From Spirochaetia bacterium (GTDB lineage: Bacteria; Spirochaetota; Spirochaetia; SZUA-6; Bin103): a stretch of DNA of 64,000 nucleotides. This document shows, piece after piece, positions 50,996 through 61,658 of the stretch. Location of the stretch: the NCBI GenBank assembly GCA_965208575.1, contig CBDBOV010000005.1, positions 1,120,001 to 1,184,000 of the forward strand, given 5' to 3'. The translations under genes were made by a program, and so were the position numbers. The notes beneath the pieces were generated by a model. The model was not told the DNA's origin. It ran no database searches and saw only the letters and a program-made list of their open reading frames with translations. Position 1 is the first letter of the stretch. Each line of letters starts with the position of its first letter.

Positions 50996-52444
50996 TCAGA
51001 CGGCGGACGGCCCGGAGCCGGAGAGCGCGCGGTAGTCGGCGAGTGCGCGGCGCCGAGTCCGGGCGAGGTCGACGCACGGGAGAGGGTAGGTGGCGCCGAG
51101 CGTGACCCGTGCGGCCGCCAGCACCGGAGCCGGTGCCTGCCAGGGGGCGTGGATGTGCCCGCCGGGGAGCTTGGCGAGCTCCGGCACCCAGCGGCGGACG
51201 TAGTTGCCGTCGGGGTCGTACCTGCGGCCCTGCAGCACCGGGTTGAAGATGCGGAAGTAGGGTGCGGCATCGGCGCCCGATCCCGCCACCCACTGCCACG
51301 ACGCGGAGTTGTTGGCCAGGTCGGCATCGACCAGCGTGTCCCAGAACCAGGCCGCACCGAAGCGCCAGTGGACCCGCATGTTCTTGACCAGCAGCGAGGC
51401 GGCGATCATGCGTGCGCGGTTGTGCATCCACCCGGTGTGCCAGAGCTCGCGCATGCCGGCGTCGACGATCGGGATGCCGGTGCGTCCGCGCTGCCACCGG
51501 CGCAGGTCGGCGCCGGCGCCCGGATAGCGCATCGCCGCGAACTTCGGCTGAAACGGGTGCTCCGGCAGGGTGGGGAAGTGCACCAGCAGGTGGTGGGAGA
51601 ACTCCCGCCACAGCAGTTGGCGCAGAAACGCCTGCCCGCCGGCGGACGCCGCCGGGTCGGCAGCGATCCCGGCATGCACCGCGTGCCAGCACTGCCGGGG
51701 GGAGAGTTCTCCCGCGTGCAGATGAGGGGAGAGGCGGGAGGTACCGGCGCGGTCGGGCCGGTCGCGCGCCTCCGAGTAATCGCTCACCATGGAGTCGACC
51801 GCCGCTGCCAGCCGCGCTTGTGCCGGTGGTTCGCCCGGCTGCCAGGCGGCGCGCAGCCCGCCGGACCAGTCGGGCCGCATCGGCAACAGGTGCCAGTCGG
51901 CGAGGGCATCGCCCGGTGGCACGCGCGTGGGGGCAACCATGCTCGCCGGGGCGGGCAGCGGCGGACCGGGAGAGGGCGCGGCCAGAGCCGCCTTCAAGAA
52001 CGGCGTGAACACCCGATAGGGGGTGCCCGATGCGGTGCGCACGTGCTCGGGATCGAACAGCAGGCCGCCGGTGAACCGGCGCACCTCGATGCCCAGTCCG
52101 GCCAGGCGTTGTTCGTCGCGCCGCGCCCACGGCTCGCAGGCTCGGTTGCAGTACACGGCCGCGGCGCCGGTTTCCCCGATCAGCTCGGCCAGCACCGCCG
52201 TCGCTTCCCCGCGGCGCAGGACAAGCGGAACGCCGCGGCCTCTCAGCCGGTGGGCGAGCGAGTCGAGGCTGTGGTGCAGCCACCAGCGGCTCGCGCCGCC
52301 AGGCCGCCAGGCGCCGGGCGTGGTGTCGTCGAGCGTGTAGACCGGCAGGATGGGCCTCCCGGTCTCGGCGGCAGCGCGCAGAGCCGGATTGTCGTGCAAC
52401 CTCAGGTCATTCCGCAGCCACACGAGAATGGGAGCCGAGGCCAT
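50996..52444 (-). CDS. phrB: Deoxyribodipyrimidine photolyase
   Basis: W.RNDLRL.DNPAL, TS.LSP.L..GELS, TG.PIVDAGMR.L..TGWMHNR.RM and FRIFNP. Confidence 0.96.
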   Translation of the reverse strand: MASAPILVWLRNDLRLHDNPALRAAAETGRPILPVYTLDDTTPGAWRPGGASRWWLHHSLDSLAHRLRGRGVPLVLRRGEATAVLAELIGETGAAAVYCNRACEPWARRDEQRLAGLGIEVRRFTGGLLFDPEHVRTASGTPYRVFTPFLKAALAAPSPGPPLPAPASMVAPTRVPPGDALADWHLLPMRPDWSGGLRAAWQPGEPPAQARLAAAVDSMVSDYSEARDRPDRAGTSRLSPHLHAGELSPRQCWHAVHAGIAADPAASAGGQAFLRQLLWREFSHHLLVHFPTLPEHPFQPKFAAMRYPGAGADLRRWQRGRTGIPIVDAGMRELWHTGWMHNRARMIAASLLVKNMRVHWRFGAAWFWDTLVDADLANNSASWQWVAGSGADAAPYFRIFNPVLQGRRYDPDGNYVRRWVPELAKLPGGHIHAPWQAPAPVLAAARVTLGATYPLPCVDLARTRRRALADYRALSGSGPSAV

Positions 52445-52458
52445 GCCTGGGGGGTGAG

Positions 52459-53604
52459 TCAGACTCCGCGCGGACGCGAGCGGTGGCGCTCCACGGCGAG
52501 GTCGATGAGGCGGCGCAGCAACTCCGGGAACGGCAGGCCGCTCGCCTCCCACAGCTTGGCGTACATGCTGATCTCCGTGAAGCCGGGAATGGTGTTGATT
52601 TCGCTGACCAGCAGCTCGCCATCTTCATGGTCGCCGCAGCCGCCGCCACTCCCCGAACTGCGCAGGAAGAAGTCCACGCGCGCCATGCCGTGTATCTCCA
52701 GGGCGGCGCATGCCCGGCACGCGATCTCGCCGGCGCGCGCGTGCTGTTCGTCGGTGAGCGGCGCGGGAATCAGCAGCCGCGCGCCATCGGAGTCCAGGTA
52801 CTTGGCCGCGTAATCGTAGAACGCGTGGCCGCCGCCGGTGACGATCTCGCCCGCCACCGACGCGGTGCGCCGCTCGTTGCCGAGCACCGAGACCTCAAGC
52901 TCGCGTCCCTCGACCGCCTCCTCGATCAGTGCCTTGCGGTCGTGGCGCAACGCGTCCGCCACCGCGCCGGGCAACTGATCGGTGCGAGTCACCCGTTGCA
53001 CCCCCACCGAGGAGCCGAGATTGGCGGGCTTCACGAACAGCGGCAAGCCGAGGCCGGCACAGATGCGCTCGGTGTCGGCGGCGGACGGAGTGTCCCACAC
53101 AACTCTGAAGCGAGCGCTCGCTATCCCGGCGTCGCGCAGGACGCGCTTGGTCATGTCCTTGTCCATCGCCACGGCGGAGCCCAGTACGCCGGCGCCCACG
53201 TAGGGCAACCCGGCCAGCTCCAGGAGCCCCTGCATGGTGCCGTCCTCGCCGAACGGACCGTGCAATACGGGAAAGACCACGTCCAGGTCGGTCATCCGGA
53301 CGGCGTCGGCCAGTTGTTCACCGCGCGGGATCGCGGGTCGCGCCGCGGTCGTCGGCGGCGCCGGCAGGGCGGGAGGAGCACCGGGGCCGGCGGCAATGAA
53401 CATTCGAGCGTCGCCGATCCGCCACACCCCGTCGCGACCGATGTAGATCAGCTTGATGTCGTGGTCGCCCGCGAGGGCGCTTGTCACGGCGTGCGCCGAG
53501 CGCAGCGATATGTCGTGTTCGGCGGACTGCCCGCCGCAGATGACGCCGATGCGAATGGTTCTGCTCCGAGCACCGATTGTCGCGCCGGAGGCCGCGCAGG
53601 TCAA
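52459..53604 (-). CDS. ddl: D-alanine--D-alanine ligase
   Basis: GG.S.EH.ISL.S, LHGP.GEDG..QG, KPA..GSS.G and EINTIPGFT; start uncertain. Confidence 0.95.
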   Translation of the reverse strand: MTCAASGATIGARSRTIRIGVICGGQSAEHDISLRSAHAVTSALAGDHDIKLIYIGRDGVWRIGDARMFIAAGPGAPPALPAPPTTAARPAIPRGEQLADAVRMTDLDVVFPVLHGPFGEDGTMQGLLELAGLPYVGAGVLGSAVAMDKDMTKRVLRDAGIASARFRVVWDTPSAADTERICAGLGLPLFVKPANLGSSVGVQRVTRTDQLPGAVADALRHDRKALIEEAVEGRELEVSVLGNERRTASVAGEIVTGGGHAFYDYAAKYLDSDGARLLIPAPLTDEQHARAGEIACRACAALEIHGMARVDFFLRSSGSGGGCGDHEDGELLVSEINTIPGFTEISMYAKLWEASGLPFPELLRRLIDLAVERHRSRPRGV

Positions 53605-53655
53605 ACCCCCGATTCCCCGTTCGCGGCAGCAACGCCGGCACAGGAATAGGGTATA

Positions 53656-54480
53656 GTGCGCGGCGTGAGAATCAAACAATCAGTGTGTTTTCCGATCTTT
53701 CGGTCGGCGTTTCCATCCCTGGAGGAGCTGTTCGCCGCGGTTGCGGCCAACGGCTACCGTGCGGTGGAGTTCTGGGCCCATCGCGGCCTGTCCGCCGATG
53801 AGGAGTTCGCGGTCGCCGAGGTGGCGTCGCTGGCATCCCGCCACGGCTTGGCCGTGGCGAGCTTCTCCGGGCACGCTTCACTGCCCGACGGCTTCAACGA
53901 CCCCGGCAACCACGACCGCATCGAGTCGGAACTGCGCGCTTCGATCGAGCTCGCCGCGGCGCACGGCGTGCCGGGGTTGATCTGCTTCTCCGGCAACCGG
54001 TTGGACGGGCAGAGCGACTACGAGGGGCTGGTGGAGTGCGCGCGGTTGATGCGCCGCGTGGCGCCGCATGCCGAGCGGCACGGCGTCAACCTCAACATGG
54101 AACTGCTCAACAGCAAGGTGAACCATCCGGGCTACCTGGCGGATCGCAGCGATTGGGGACTGGCGCTGTGCGAGATGGTACGCAGCCCGCGCGTCAAGCT
54201 GTTGTTCGACATCTATCACATGCAGATCATGGAGGGCGACGTAATCCGCTCCATCCGGCGGCTGCTGCCGCTCATCGGGCACTTTCACACCGCCGGCAAC
54301 CCGGGCCGCAACGAGCTCGACGACACGCAGGAGCTCAACTACCGCGGCATCTGCGGCGCCATCGCGGCCACCGACTACGAGCTGTACGTCGGCCACGAGT
54401 TCAACCCGCTCGGCGACCCGGGCGAGGCGCTGCGCACGGCGTTCGCGGCGTGCGACGCGGGCGGCGATCGGGAAGGCTAG
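53656..54480 (+). CDS. Hydroxypyruvate isomerase family TIM-barrel protein
   Basis: ELLNSKV.H.GY, LLFDIYHMQIMEGD and HTAG.PGR. Confidence 0.9.
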   Translation: MRGVRIKQSVCFPIFRSAFPSLEELFAAVAANGYRAVEFWAHRGLSADEEFAVAEVASLASRHGLAVASFSGHASLPDGFNDPGNHDRIESELRASIELAAAHGVPGLICFSGNRLDGQSDYEGLVECARLMRRVAPHAERHGVNLNMELLNSKVNHPGYLADRSDWGLALCEMVRSPRVKLLFDIYHMQIMEGDVIRSIRRLLPLIGHFHTAGNPGRNELDDTQELNYRGICGAIAATDYELYVGHEFNPLGDPGEALRTAFAACDAGGDREG

Positions 54481-56251
54481 CCCGGAAAGCTCACCAGGGG
54501 GATAGACACGGGGTGGAATTTGTGGTTATCTGTATATGGTAGCAACAAATACAAAGCCACAAGGAACCACCCCGTGGAAACACACTGTACTACAGAACAA
54601 CTGCTATTTGAAGGTCTCGGACGGCGCTCGGTCGTGGGCGCGTTTGATGGCGGTCGGCTGACATCGGACAGCGGCGTGCTGTTGCTCCGCGAAGCTGACC
54701 GGTTATTTGACGTGACCGGCCGACTGGCGGCCTGTTTCACCGACTATCGCGATCCGGAGCGGGTCGAGCATCCCCTTCAGATCCTGATCGCCCAGCGGGT
54801 GCTGGGGCTGGCGGCCGGCTATGAGGACCTCAATGACCATGACCGATTGCGTGACGACAGCGCTCTGGCGTTGGCCACCGGGTGCGCCGATGTGACCGGC
54901 GCGCAGCGCCTGCGCGAACGTGACCGCGGTCACGCCCTGGCCGGGTCCAGCACCTTGAACCGCCTGGAGCTGGGCGATCCAGACACGGCCAAGTGTCATC
55001 GCTACAAGAAGATCCTCGCCGATGGCCGGATCATCGACGACCTGCTGGTGGATCTGTTTCTGGACAGCGAGCGGCGACCGCCGGCACAGGTAGTGCTGGA
55101 TCTGGATGCGACCGATGACCGGTTGCACGGCAACCAGGAAGGCCGCTTCTTCCATGGCTACTACGGCCATTACTGTTATCTGCCGCTGTACATCACCTGT
55201 GGCGAGCATGTGCTGCGCTGCCGTCTGCGCCGCGCCGACTGCGACGCGAGTGACGGAGCGGTGGAGGAACTGACAGTGATAGTGGCGCAGATCCGCCAAC
55301 GCTGGCCGGAGACGAAGATTCTGGTGCGCGGTGACTCGGGATTCTGTCGCGAATCGATCATGGCTTGGTGCGAGGACAACGGCGTCGATTATGTGCTCGG
55401 CTTGGCGCGCAACGCACGCCTGCAGCGGCGCATCGCCAAGGCGCTGCGCAAGTCGCGGCGCCGCAGTGCGGCGAGCGGGAAGGCGTCGCGACGGTTCCGG
55501 GAGTTCCGCTACCGAACGCTGGACTCGTGGAGCCGAAGCCGCCGGGTGGTGGCCAAGGCGGAGTGGCTGCCTGGCACCGGCGGCGGCAATCCGCGCTTCG
55601 TGGTGACCAGCCTCGACCGGCAGACGATTGCCAAGCAGGCCCTCTACGAAGAGCTGTACTGCGCCCGTGGTGACATGGAGAACCGCATCAAGGAGCAGCA
55701 ACTGTGGCTGTTCGCCGACCGTACCTCGACGGCGACGATGCGTGCCAATCAGATACGGCTGTACTTCTCCGCCTTTGCCGGCATCCTGTTGACGATCCTG
55801 CGCCGCGTGGGACTGCAAGGAACCGAGCTTGCCAACGCGCGCTTCGACACCATCCGGGCGCGGCTGATCAAGCTCGCGGGACGTATCAAGGTGTCGGTGC
55901 GCAGGGTACGGATCTCGTTGTCATCGGTATATCCGTTGCAGGAGCTGTTCGCACAGGCGCTCACCGCCCTGCGCGCTGCCCCCGTGTGCGTGGCCCCTGT
56001 GCGCGACGCACCTGGGTAGCCCCGCCACAGCGCCACGAAACTCACTGCAGCAGGTCTGACCAGGGGGAGGTGCGTCCAATTCCGCAGCTTGCAGCGCCTG
56101 TGACTGACCATTACGACCTGATCAGCGGCGCGTGGCACGAAAACCACGCTCGCACCGCCGCCCCACGGCCCCTCCTTGCTCTCTGCACACTTCCGGCGCC
56201 CTCAACTCGGGACCAAATCGGCCAGCCGATCCCCTTGGTGAGCGATGCGGG
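54481..56251 (+). mobile_element. IS1380-family insertion sequence
   Basis: Imperfect ~20-bp inverted repeats CCCGGAAAGCTCACCAGGGG / CCCCTTGGTGAGCGATGCGGG; CTAG duplicated at 54477-54480 and 56252-56255. Confidence 0.92.
54520..56019 (+). CDS. IS1380-family transposase
   Basis: FDGG.LTSD.G, GYED.NDH..LR.D, D.DATDD..HG.QE, RGDSGF and Y..RG.MENRIKE; start possibly 54574. Confidence 0.94.
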   Translation: MWLSVYGSNKYKATRNHPVETHCTTEQLLFEGLGRRSVVGAFDGGRLTSDSGVLLLREADRLFDVTGRLAACFTDYRDPERVEHPLQILIAQRVLGLAAGYEDLNDHDRLRDDSALALATGCADVTGAQRLRERDRGHALAGSSTLNRLELGDPDTAKCHRYKKILADGRIIDDLLVDLFLDSERRPPAQVVLDLDATDDRLHGNQEGRFFHGYYGHYCYLPLYITCGEHVLRCRLRRADCDASDGAVEELTVIVAQIRQRWPETKILVRGDSGFCRESIMAWCEDNGVDYVLGLARNARLQRRIAKALRKSRRRSAASGKASRRFREFRYRTLDSWSRSRRVVAKAEWLPGTGGGNPRFVVTSLDRQTIAKQALYEELYCARGDMENRIKEQQLWLFADRTSTATMRANQIRLYFSAFAGILLTILRRVGLQGTELANARFDTIRARLIKLAGRIKVSVRRVRISLSSVYPLQELFAQALTALRAAPVCVAPVRDAPG

Positions 56252-56263
56252 CTAGGCGGGACC

Positions 56264-57319
56264 GTGCCGCGCGCCGGGCCCAAGGCGTGCACGGCTCCGC
56301 TCGGCTGGGGCGTGATTGGCTGCGGCGACGTGGTGGAGCACAAGAGCGGGCCGTCGATCACGGCCGCCGAGCGCAGCCGCATGGCGATCGTGATGCGCCG
56401 CAACGCGCCGGCGGCGCGCGACTTCGCACACCGGCACGCGGTCGCCGAGTGGACCGACGACGCCGCGGCAGTGGTGGGCAACGCGCACGTCGACGTGGTC
56501 TACGTGGCAACCCCGCCCTCCTCCCACCTGCAATACGTGCGTGCCGCGGCGGCGGCCGGCAAGCACGTGCTGGTGGAGAAGCCGATGGCACTGAACGCCG
56601 CCGAGGCGCGCCTCATGGTGGACGCGTGCGCAGGTGCCGGCGTGCAGTTGTTCGTGGCCTACTACCGGCGCTTTCAGCCGCACGTGCTGCGCATGCGGGA
56701 ACTGCTCGCGGCGGGGGCGATCGGCCGGCCGGCGCACGGCTGCGCGGATATCGCGGTGGGGAGTGTCGCGCGCGCGGTTGCCGCGGGGGCGCGCCCGTGG
56801 CGCGCGGATCCGGCGCTCGCGGGCGGCGGCTGGTTCGTCGACATGGCCAGCCATCGCATCGACCTGCTGGTGTGGCTGCTCGGTGCGGTCGACGACGCCG
56901 CCGGGGTGGCCGCGCGCTACCAGCCGGACTTGGCGGTGGAACAGTCCGCGGTCGCCGCGATACGCATGCGTTCCGGGGCGCTGTGCAGCGTGAGCGCCGA
57001 CTTTCACTCCGGGCGCGACGCGGACCGGTTCGCGATCTCCGGTGCGTGCGGCACGCTCACCGCCGACCCGCTGGACGGACATGTCGTAACGCTCGCCACG
57101 GCGGCGGCGAACGAGGAGATCCGGTGCACTCCGTTCCCGGTGCCCCACCTCGGTCTGGTGCGGCACATCGAGGACGTGCTGCTCGACGGTGCGCCCAACC
57201 AGGCGTCCGGCGCCGGTGGCGTAGAAACCGAAACGGTCCTGGACCGCGCCGTGCGCGGGTGTGCGGCCCTGGTGCGGCGGGAGCCCGCCACCGGCGCTGC
57301 GGCGGTCCGACCGATATGA
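56264..57319 (+). CDS. Gfo/Idh/MocA family oxidoreductase
   Basis: WGVIGCG, YVATPP..H, GKHVLVEKP and D...H.ID. Confidence 0.93.
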   Translation: MPRAGPKACTAPLGWGVIGCGDVVEHKSGPSITAAERSRMAIVMRRNAPAARDFAHRHAVAEWTDDAAAVVGNAHVDVVYVATPPSSHLQYVRAAAAAGKHVLVEKPMALNAAEARLMVDACAGAGVQLFVAYYRRFQPHVLRMRELLAAGAIGRPAHGCADIAVGSVARAVAAGARPWRADPALAGGGWFVDMASHRIDLLVWLLGAVDDAAGVAARYQPDLAVEQSAVAAIRMRSGALCSVSADFHSGRDADRFAISGACGTLTADPLDGHVVTLATAAANEEIRCTPFPVPHLGLVRHIEDVLLDGAPNQASGAGGVETETVLDRAVRGCAALVRREPATGAAAVRPI

Positions 57320-57422
57320 GTCGGCAGGGCCGCTCCGTGACAAGGAAAACGCTCAACACCGATGCCCAACGACCGCCCGCCGGCCGGCTGTTTCGGACCA
57401 GGCCCAGGGTCGCCGCAACCCG
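57318..57422 (+). repeat. Dispersed repeat, copy D
   Basis: GCTCCGTGACA.GGAA...ACCGATGCC...GCCGGCCGGCT..TTCGG; lies between convergent genes. Confidence 0.7.
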
Positions 57423-58526
57423 TCACGCCGCCCCCGTGTCGCCCTCGCCTCGGTAGAGCGCGGCGATGCGTGCGGCGATCGGATCCCAGTCGAGCTCTCG
57501 CGTGCGTTGCAGCGCCGCGCGGCGCGCGCCATCGAGGTCCAACGAGCGCGCCGCGGCGAGCGCGCCGGCAAGAGCCCCGTCGTCGGCGGGGTCGTAGAGC
57601 AGTCCCGCGCCGCCGGCCACCAGCTCCGGCAGGCACCCGAGCCGCGGCACGATGAGCGGCTTGCCGAAGCCGAGCGCCTGGATCGCGGACCCGGAGGTGA
57701 GCACCGCCGTGAACGGCAGCACCGCCACGTCCGCGGCGTTGAGGAAGTACTGGAACTCCTCCGCGGGAAAGTAGCGCGACGAGTGAATGCGTATGCGCTC
57801 GTCGTGCGCCGCCAGCGAGCGCAGCTCGGGGATCAGGCCGGGGCTGCGCGCGTTCTCGCGCAGCACCAGCACCAGCACGCCGTCAGCGTCGGCGGCGTGC
57901 CGAAACGCCGCGATCAGGTCGGCCACTCCCTTGTAGCCGCGCGCGTTGCCAAAGAACAGGTAGACGAATTGCGCACCGCCGATCGCCAGCCGTGCCCGCG
58001 CCTGCTGTCGGGTTACGGTGTCGGGAAAGATCCGCACGTAGTTGCCGTGCGGGATTACCGTGACCGGGCGCGGCGGATCGTACAGCGCCTCGATGCGGTC
58101 CGCGGCGAACCGGCAATGGGCGATGACGTGGTCCGCCTCGCGGGCGACCAGGGCGTTCACCAGCCGGTCCAGGTGCGGATAGCGGCGCTCGTGCGGGAAC
58201 AGGTTGTGCACCGTCCAGATCAGCCGGTAGCCGAGCCGGCGGGCATGAATCACGTTCTCGGTAAACTCGGCGAAGCGTTCGCACGCCGCATCCGGGTCGC
58301 GCGGCTCGTCGAAGCGGGCATAGAAGCGGTCCAGCCAGTTGAGGTGCAGCACATCACAGCCGGCGCGCGACCGGTCCAGCCAGGAGCGGGTGAACCGGTA
58401 GTCGCCCTCGGTCAGCTCCACGCCGTGACGGCGCAGGGCGGACGCCAGCAGGGCGCCGTAGGGATTGGCCCGCCCGAGCTCCAGACCGCTTCCCTCCCAG
58501 AAGAACATGCAGCGCATCGCGGTCAC
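57423..58526 (-). CDS. Glycosyltransferase (GT-B, family 4-like)
   Basis: NPY..LL, WTVHN..PH, IPHG.Y, FFG..R.YKG and SGS...AL.FG.P. Confidence 0.88.
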   Translation of the reverse strand: MTAMRCMFFWEGSGLELGRANPYGALLASALRRHGVELTEGDYRFTRSWLDRSRAGCDVLHLNWLDRFYARFDEPRDPDAACERFAEFTENVIHARRLGYRLIWTVHNLFPHERRYPHLDRLVNALVAREADHVIAHCRFAADRIEALYDPPRPVTVIPHGNYVRIFPDTVTRQQARARLAIGGAQFVYLFFGNARGYKGVADLIAAFRHAADADGVLVLVLRENARSPGLIPELRSLAAHDERIRIHSSRYFPAEEFQYFLNAADVAVLPFTAVLTSGSAIQALGFGKPLIVPRLGCLPELVAGGAGLLYDPADDGALAGALAAARSLDLDGARRAALQRTRELDWDPIAARIAALYRGEGDTGAA

Positions 58527-60700
58527 GGCAGCGGCATCGTGGCGGGGGCGCGCCCGGGGTCGGCGGCGGCGAGGCGCCACCGGTCTTTGCGTCCGTCCAC
58601 CACAACCTCCAATGTGACGGAGTCGCGCGCGCCACGGTGCACGGTGGCCGCCAACCGGCCGGGACGCGTGCACGGGTGAATCACCGCCACGAACGTGGTG
58701 GCGCGTGCGTACCGGGTGCGTATCAGCGAGTGCAGGCGCTCGCTGGCGGGATTCGACGGCGCCGATCCAATGGTATGGCCCGTTCCCCGCTCGTCCGGGA
58801 ACAACACCTGCAAGACCCCGCCGCGCAACGACCAGTGCACCTCGACCGAGCCGCCGCCGCCATCGCTGCTCACCGCTCGGCGCCGTGCGATGTGCCTCCA
58901 CCCCGGGGCGCGCGGCAAGATGACCGGTGCCTGGTCGTTCAGCGCAGCCCCGTGCAACTCGCGCAGCGTGCCATGCACGTGCAGCAGCCAGTCGATGCGC
59001 CGCCGGGCGGGGCAGCGTACGTGGAACCAGTCGACGAAGTAGGGATCGCGCCAGGTAATCGCCCGCCGCATGGCGACGCCGTCATACACGCCGCTGGAGG
59101 CCCCGGACCATCGGACGTGCGCATCGGCAACCGTGCCCGCTGCGGCGGGTACGCCTCTGGCTCGTGAGGACGGTCGTGAACGCCGGTCCGCCGCGCCGCC
59201 GGTTTGGGGTGCGCCGAAGTGGAGCAGCGTTCCCGTTGCCGGGGGTTGCGACCGGCCGCTGAACAGAACGGTGTTGTGGCTGACCGTCTGCCGGTACCAC
59301 TGCCGATGCAGGTGGATGCCATAGCCCTGGCTGCCGAGATCGGTTGCCGCCGGCGCGCCGCGCGCATACAGGGTAATGGCGAGCTTGTCGGGGTGGCCGT
59401 GCGAGCCACCGTGCGGACCATACTTGAGCAGCACCAGCGACTGCCGGTCGAGCGGGTCCCCGCTGCGCACCACGGCGAAGCCGGAGTGGGGCAGCACGTT
59501 CGACCGCGGGCGGGACAGGCTGCGCGCAGCGCCGGCGCCGTCCGCGGCGACGCGGTCGGGGCCGTGCAGCAGCGCCTCCTCGCTGTCCCGCGCACCATGG
59601 CGGTAGATGGCTGCCAGCAGGTCCCGGAACGCCGGCTGCGGCCACCACCCGGCCGCCATCTCGTACAGTGCGGCGGCCGGCGGCACGCCGTGGCACACCT
59701 CGCCCCACAGCGATGACGACACCCAGCAGTCGTTGCTTGCCGGTAGCCGGCCGTCCGGAAGCACCAGGGTGAGCGGCGCCGTCAACATGGCGGCGAGCCG
59801 CGGCGGCGCCTGCCACGCGGCATCGCGGGCGCGCAGGAAGGCGGCGGTGGTCAGCAGCGCCGCCACGGTGTAGTAGTGATAGCTCGACGAGCCCTCCCAC
59901 CACATCCCGTCACGGCAGGTGCCGGCCTCGATCTGGTGGTGGAAGCCGAATTCGCCATGTATGGCCTGGTCGCGGATCGCGTCGTTGCCGGTTACCGTTG
60001 CCGCCGCTGCCAACGCCGCGATATGCCAGCACTCGATGTTGTGTACACGCCGGAATCGATTCTCGTCGAGGTGAGCAATCGCTTTTCCGAACAGGTCGCG
60101 CTCCGCCATGGTGCGGTGCGCGTCGTCGAGATCAGCGGCCACGAGATCGTAGCAGCGTGCGAGCCGGACGACCAGGTTCGCTTCGTCGAGGGACTGGTAG
60201 GTCGCCTTGCCGCGCCCGTCACCCGCGGCGGAACGGACGGAGCCGACAGGGTAGTGCGGGTAGCGCCGGGCATAACCGGTCAGAATCGCCACAGCGCGCC
60301 GTAGGCAGCGCGCGTCTCCCGACAGGCGCCAGCGCAGGGCGAGCAGCACCGCCGCGCGTCCGAGCAGCAGGTTGGCCCCGAATCGCCACGCGGCGTCGAA
60401 GCGGCGGCCGGACAGCAGTTGCCCGTCCACGGGGCAGCGATGGAGCCGCGGCTGCCCCGGATCGAAGTGCAACTCGATTGCGTGGTGCGGGCAGAAATAG
60501 TCGTGATAGTACCCGGCCGGCTGGTCCGGGGGTTGCAGATCCAGGGCCAGGAATGCATCGGTTTCCTTGGCCAGCCGCCGCCAGGCAGCCTGCAACGGCG
60601 TCGCGCGAGTGCGCCGGAGCGCCCGTTGCAACGTTGCCGAGTCGACCAGCAGGGGCTGGTGGCGGTGGTAACCGAGTGGATGCTCGACCGGTGCGCTCAT
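58523..60700 (-). CDS. Heparinase II/III-like polysaccharide lyase
   Basis: HN...W, DG.W.EGS..YH.Y, GG.HGH.D.L and T.SHNTV. Confidence 0.85.
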   Translation of the reverse strand: MSAPVEHPLGYHRHQPLLVDSATLQRALRRTRATPLQAAWRRLAKETDAFLALDLQPPDQPAGYYHDYFCPHHAIELHFDPGQPRLHRCPVDGQLLSGRRFDAAWRFGANLLLGRAAVLLALRWRLSGDARCLRRAVAILTGYARRYPHYPVGSVRSAAGDGRGKATYQSLDEANLVVRLARCYDLVAADLDDAHRTMAERDLFGKAIAHLDENRFRRVHNIECWHIAALAAAATVTGNDAIRDQAIHGEFGFHHQIEAGTCRDGMWWEGSSSYHYYTVAALLTTAAFLRARDAAWQAPPRLAAMLTAPLTLVLPDGRLPASNDCWVSSSLWGEVCHGVPPAAALYEMAAGWWPQPAFRDLLAAIYRHGARDSEEALLHGPDRVAADGAGAARSLSRPRSNVLPHSGFAVVRSGDPLDRQSLVLLKYGPHGGSHGHPDKLAITLYARGAPAATDLGSQGYGIHLHRQWYRQTVSHNTVLFSGRSQPPATGTLLHFGAPQTGGAADRRSRPSSRARGVPAAAGTVADAHVRWSGASSGVYDGVAMRRAITWRDPYFVDWFHVRCPARRRIDWLLHVHGTLRELHGAALNDQAPVILPRAPGWRHIARRRAVSSDGGGGSVEVHWSLRGGVLQVLFPDERGTGHTIGSAPSNPASERLHSLIRTRYARATTFVAVIHPCTRPGRLAATVHRGARDSVTLEVVVDGRKDRWRLAAADPGRAPATMPLP

Positions 60701-60719
60701 GCTGGTGCCGGGGTGCGCA

Positions 60720-61658
60720 TCAGCGTGACTGTTCGAGAAGCTGCGCAATGATCTCGCGCCCGAAGCGGTACGTGGTGTTGCAGAACAGGCACGTGGTTAC
60801 CACCGGCAGCGGGCCGCGTTCGAGGATGTCTTCCAGTTCGCCGCGTGGCAGTGCGGCCAAGTGGCGGCGAAAGCGATCGGCACTGCAGTGGCACATGAAC
60901 AGCACGCGGCGGCGGGCGAGGATCACGGGCTGATGCGCGCCGAACACCCGCTCGAGCAAGTCCGGCGGTTCCTCGCCGCCGGCGAATGCCGCGCCGATCG
61001 CCGACTCGTCGCGCAGGCGCCGTTCCACTTCGCGCACGCTCGCGTCGCGGGCGCCCGGCAGCGCCTGGATGAAGACTCCCCCGGCGCCGGTCGGGTGGCC
61101 GGCGTCGTCGAAGGATACGCTCAGGTTCAGCGCGCTCGGTGTCTGCTCGGAGGTGGCGTAGTAGTATGCCAGGTCTTCGGCGAGGCTGCCGTAACGCATG
61201 TCCACGACGCCGGTGAAGGGGCTCGCCCCGCCGCGCAGGCGCTTGGTCACCGCCAGGGTGCCGGGGCCGGCGCCGAACAGATCGCGCAGCCGCGGCACGC
61301 CGGCGTCGGCCTGCACGGGGATCGGGTTCCGGCTCAGGTAGCCGCGCACCTCGCCGTGAGCGCTCCCCTCGACGGCAAGCCCGCCGATCGGCCCCGAACA
61401 TTCGATTCTGACGGTGAGACTCTCGGGCGACTTCAGGTTGACGCACATCATGCCGGCCGCCACGTACGCTTGTCCGAGCACCAGCGTCTCCAGCGGACCG
61501 AGGTCATGGTTGGCGCGCATCTCCCCCACCATCCGGGTGGCGTGCAACACGGCGCCACGGATCTGGCCGGAATCGAGCAGGAACTGGTAGAGCTGATCGC
61601 GGCGGTGCGCACGGAGTCGAATCGCAGGCGTGTCGCCCGGCAGGGATCGCTTCTCCAT
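60720..61658 (-). CDS. hslO: Hsp33 redox chaperone
   Basis: YY..SEQ.PS, AGG..IQ.LPG and zinc motif CHCS...CLFC. Confidence 0.93.
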   Translation of the reverse strand: MEKRSLPGDTPAIRLRAHRRDQLYQFLLDSGQIRGAVLHATRMVGEMRANHDLGPLETLVLGQAYVAAGMMCVNLKSPESLTVRIECSGPIGGLAVEGSAHGEVRGYLSRNPIPVQADAGVPRLRDLFGAGPGTLAVTKRLRGGASPFTGVVDMRYGSLAEDLAYYYATSEQTPSALNLSVSFDDAGHPTGAGGVFIQALPGARDASVREVERRLRDESAIGAAFAGGEEPPDLLERVFGAHQPVILARRRVLFMCHCSADRFRRHLAALPRGELEDILERGPLPVVTTCLFCNTTYRFGREIIAQLLEQSR

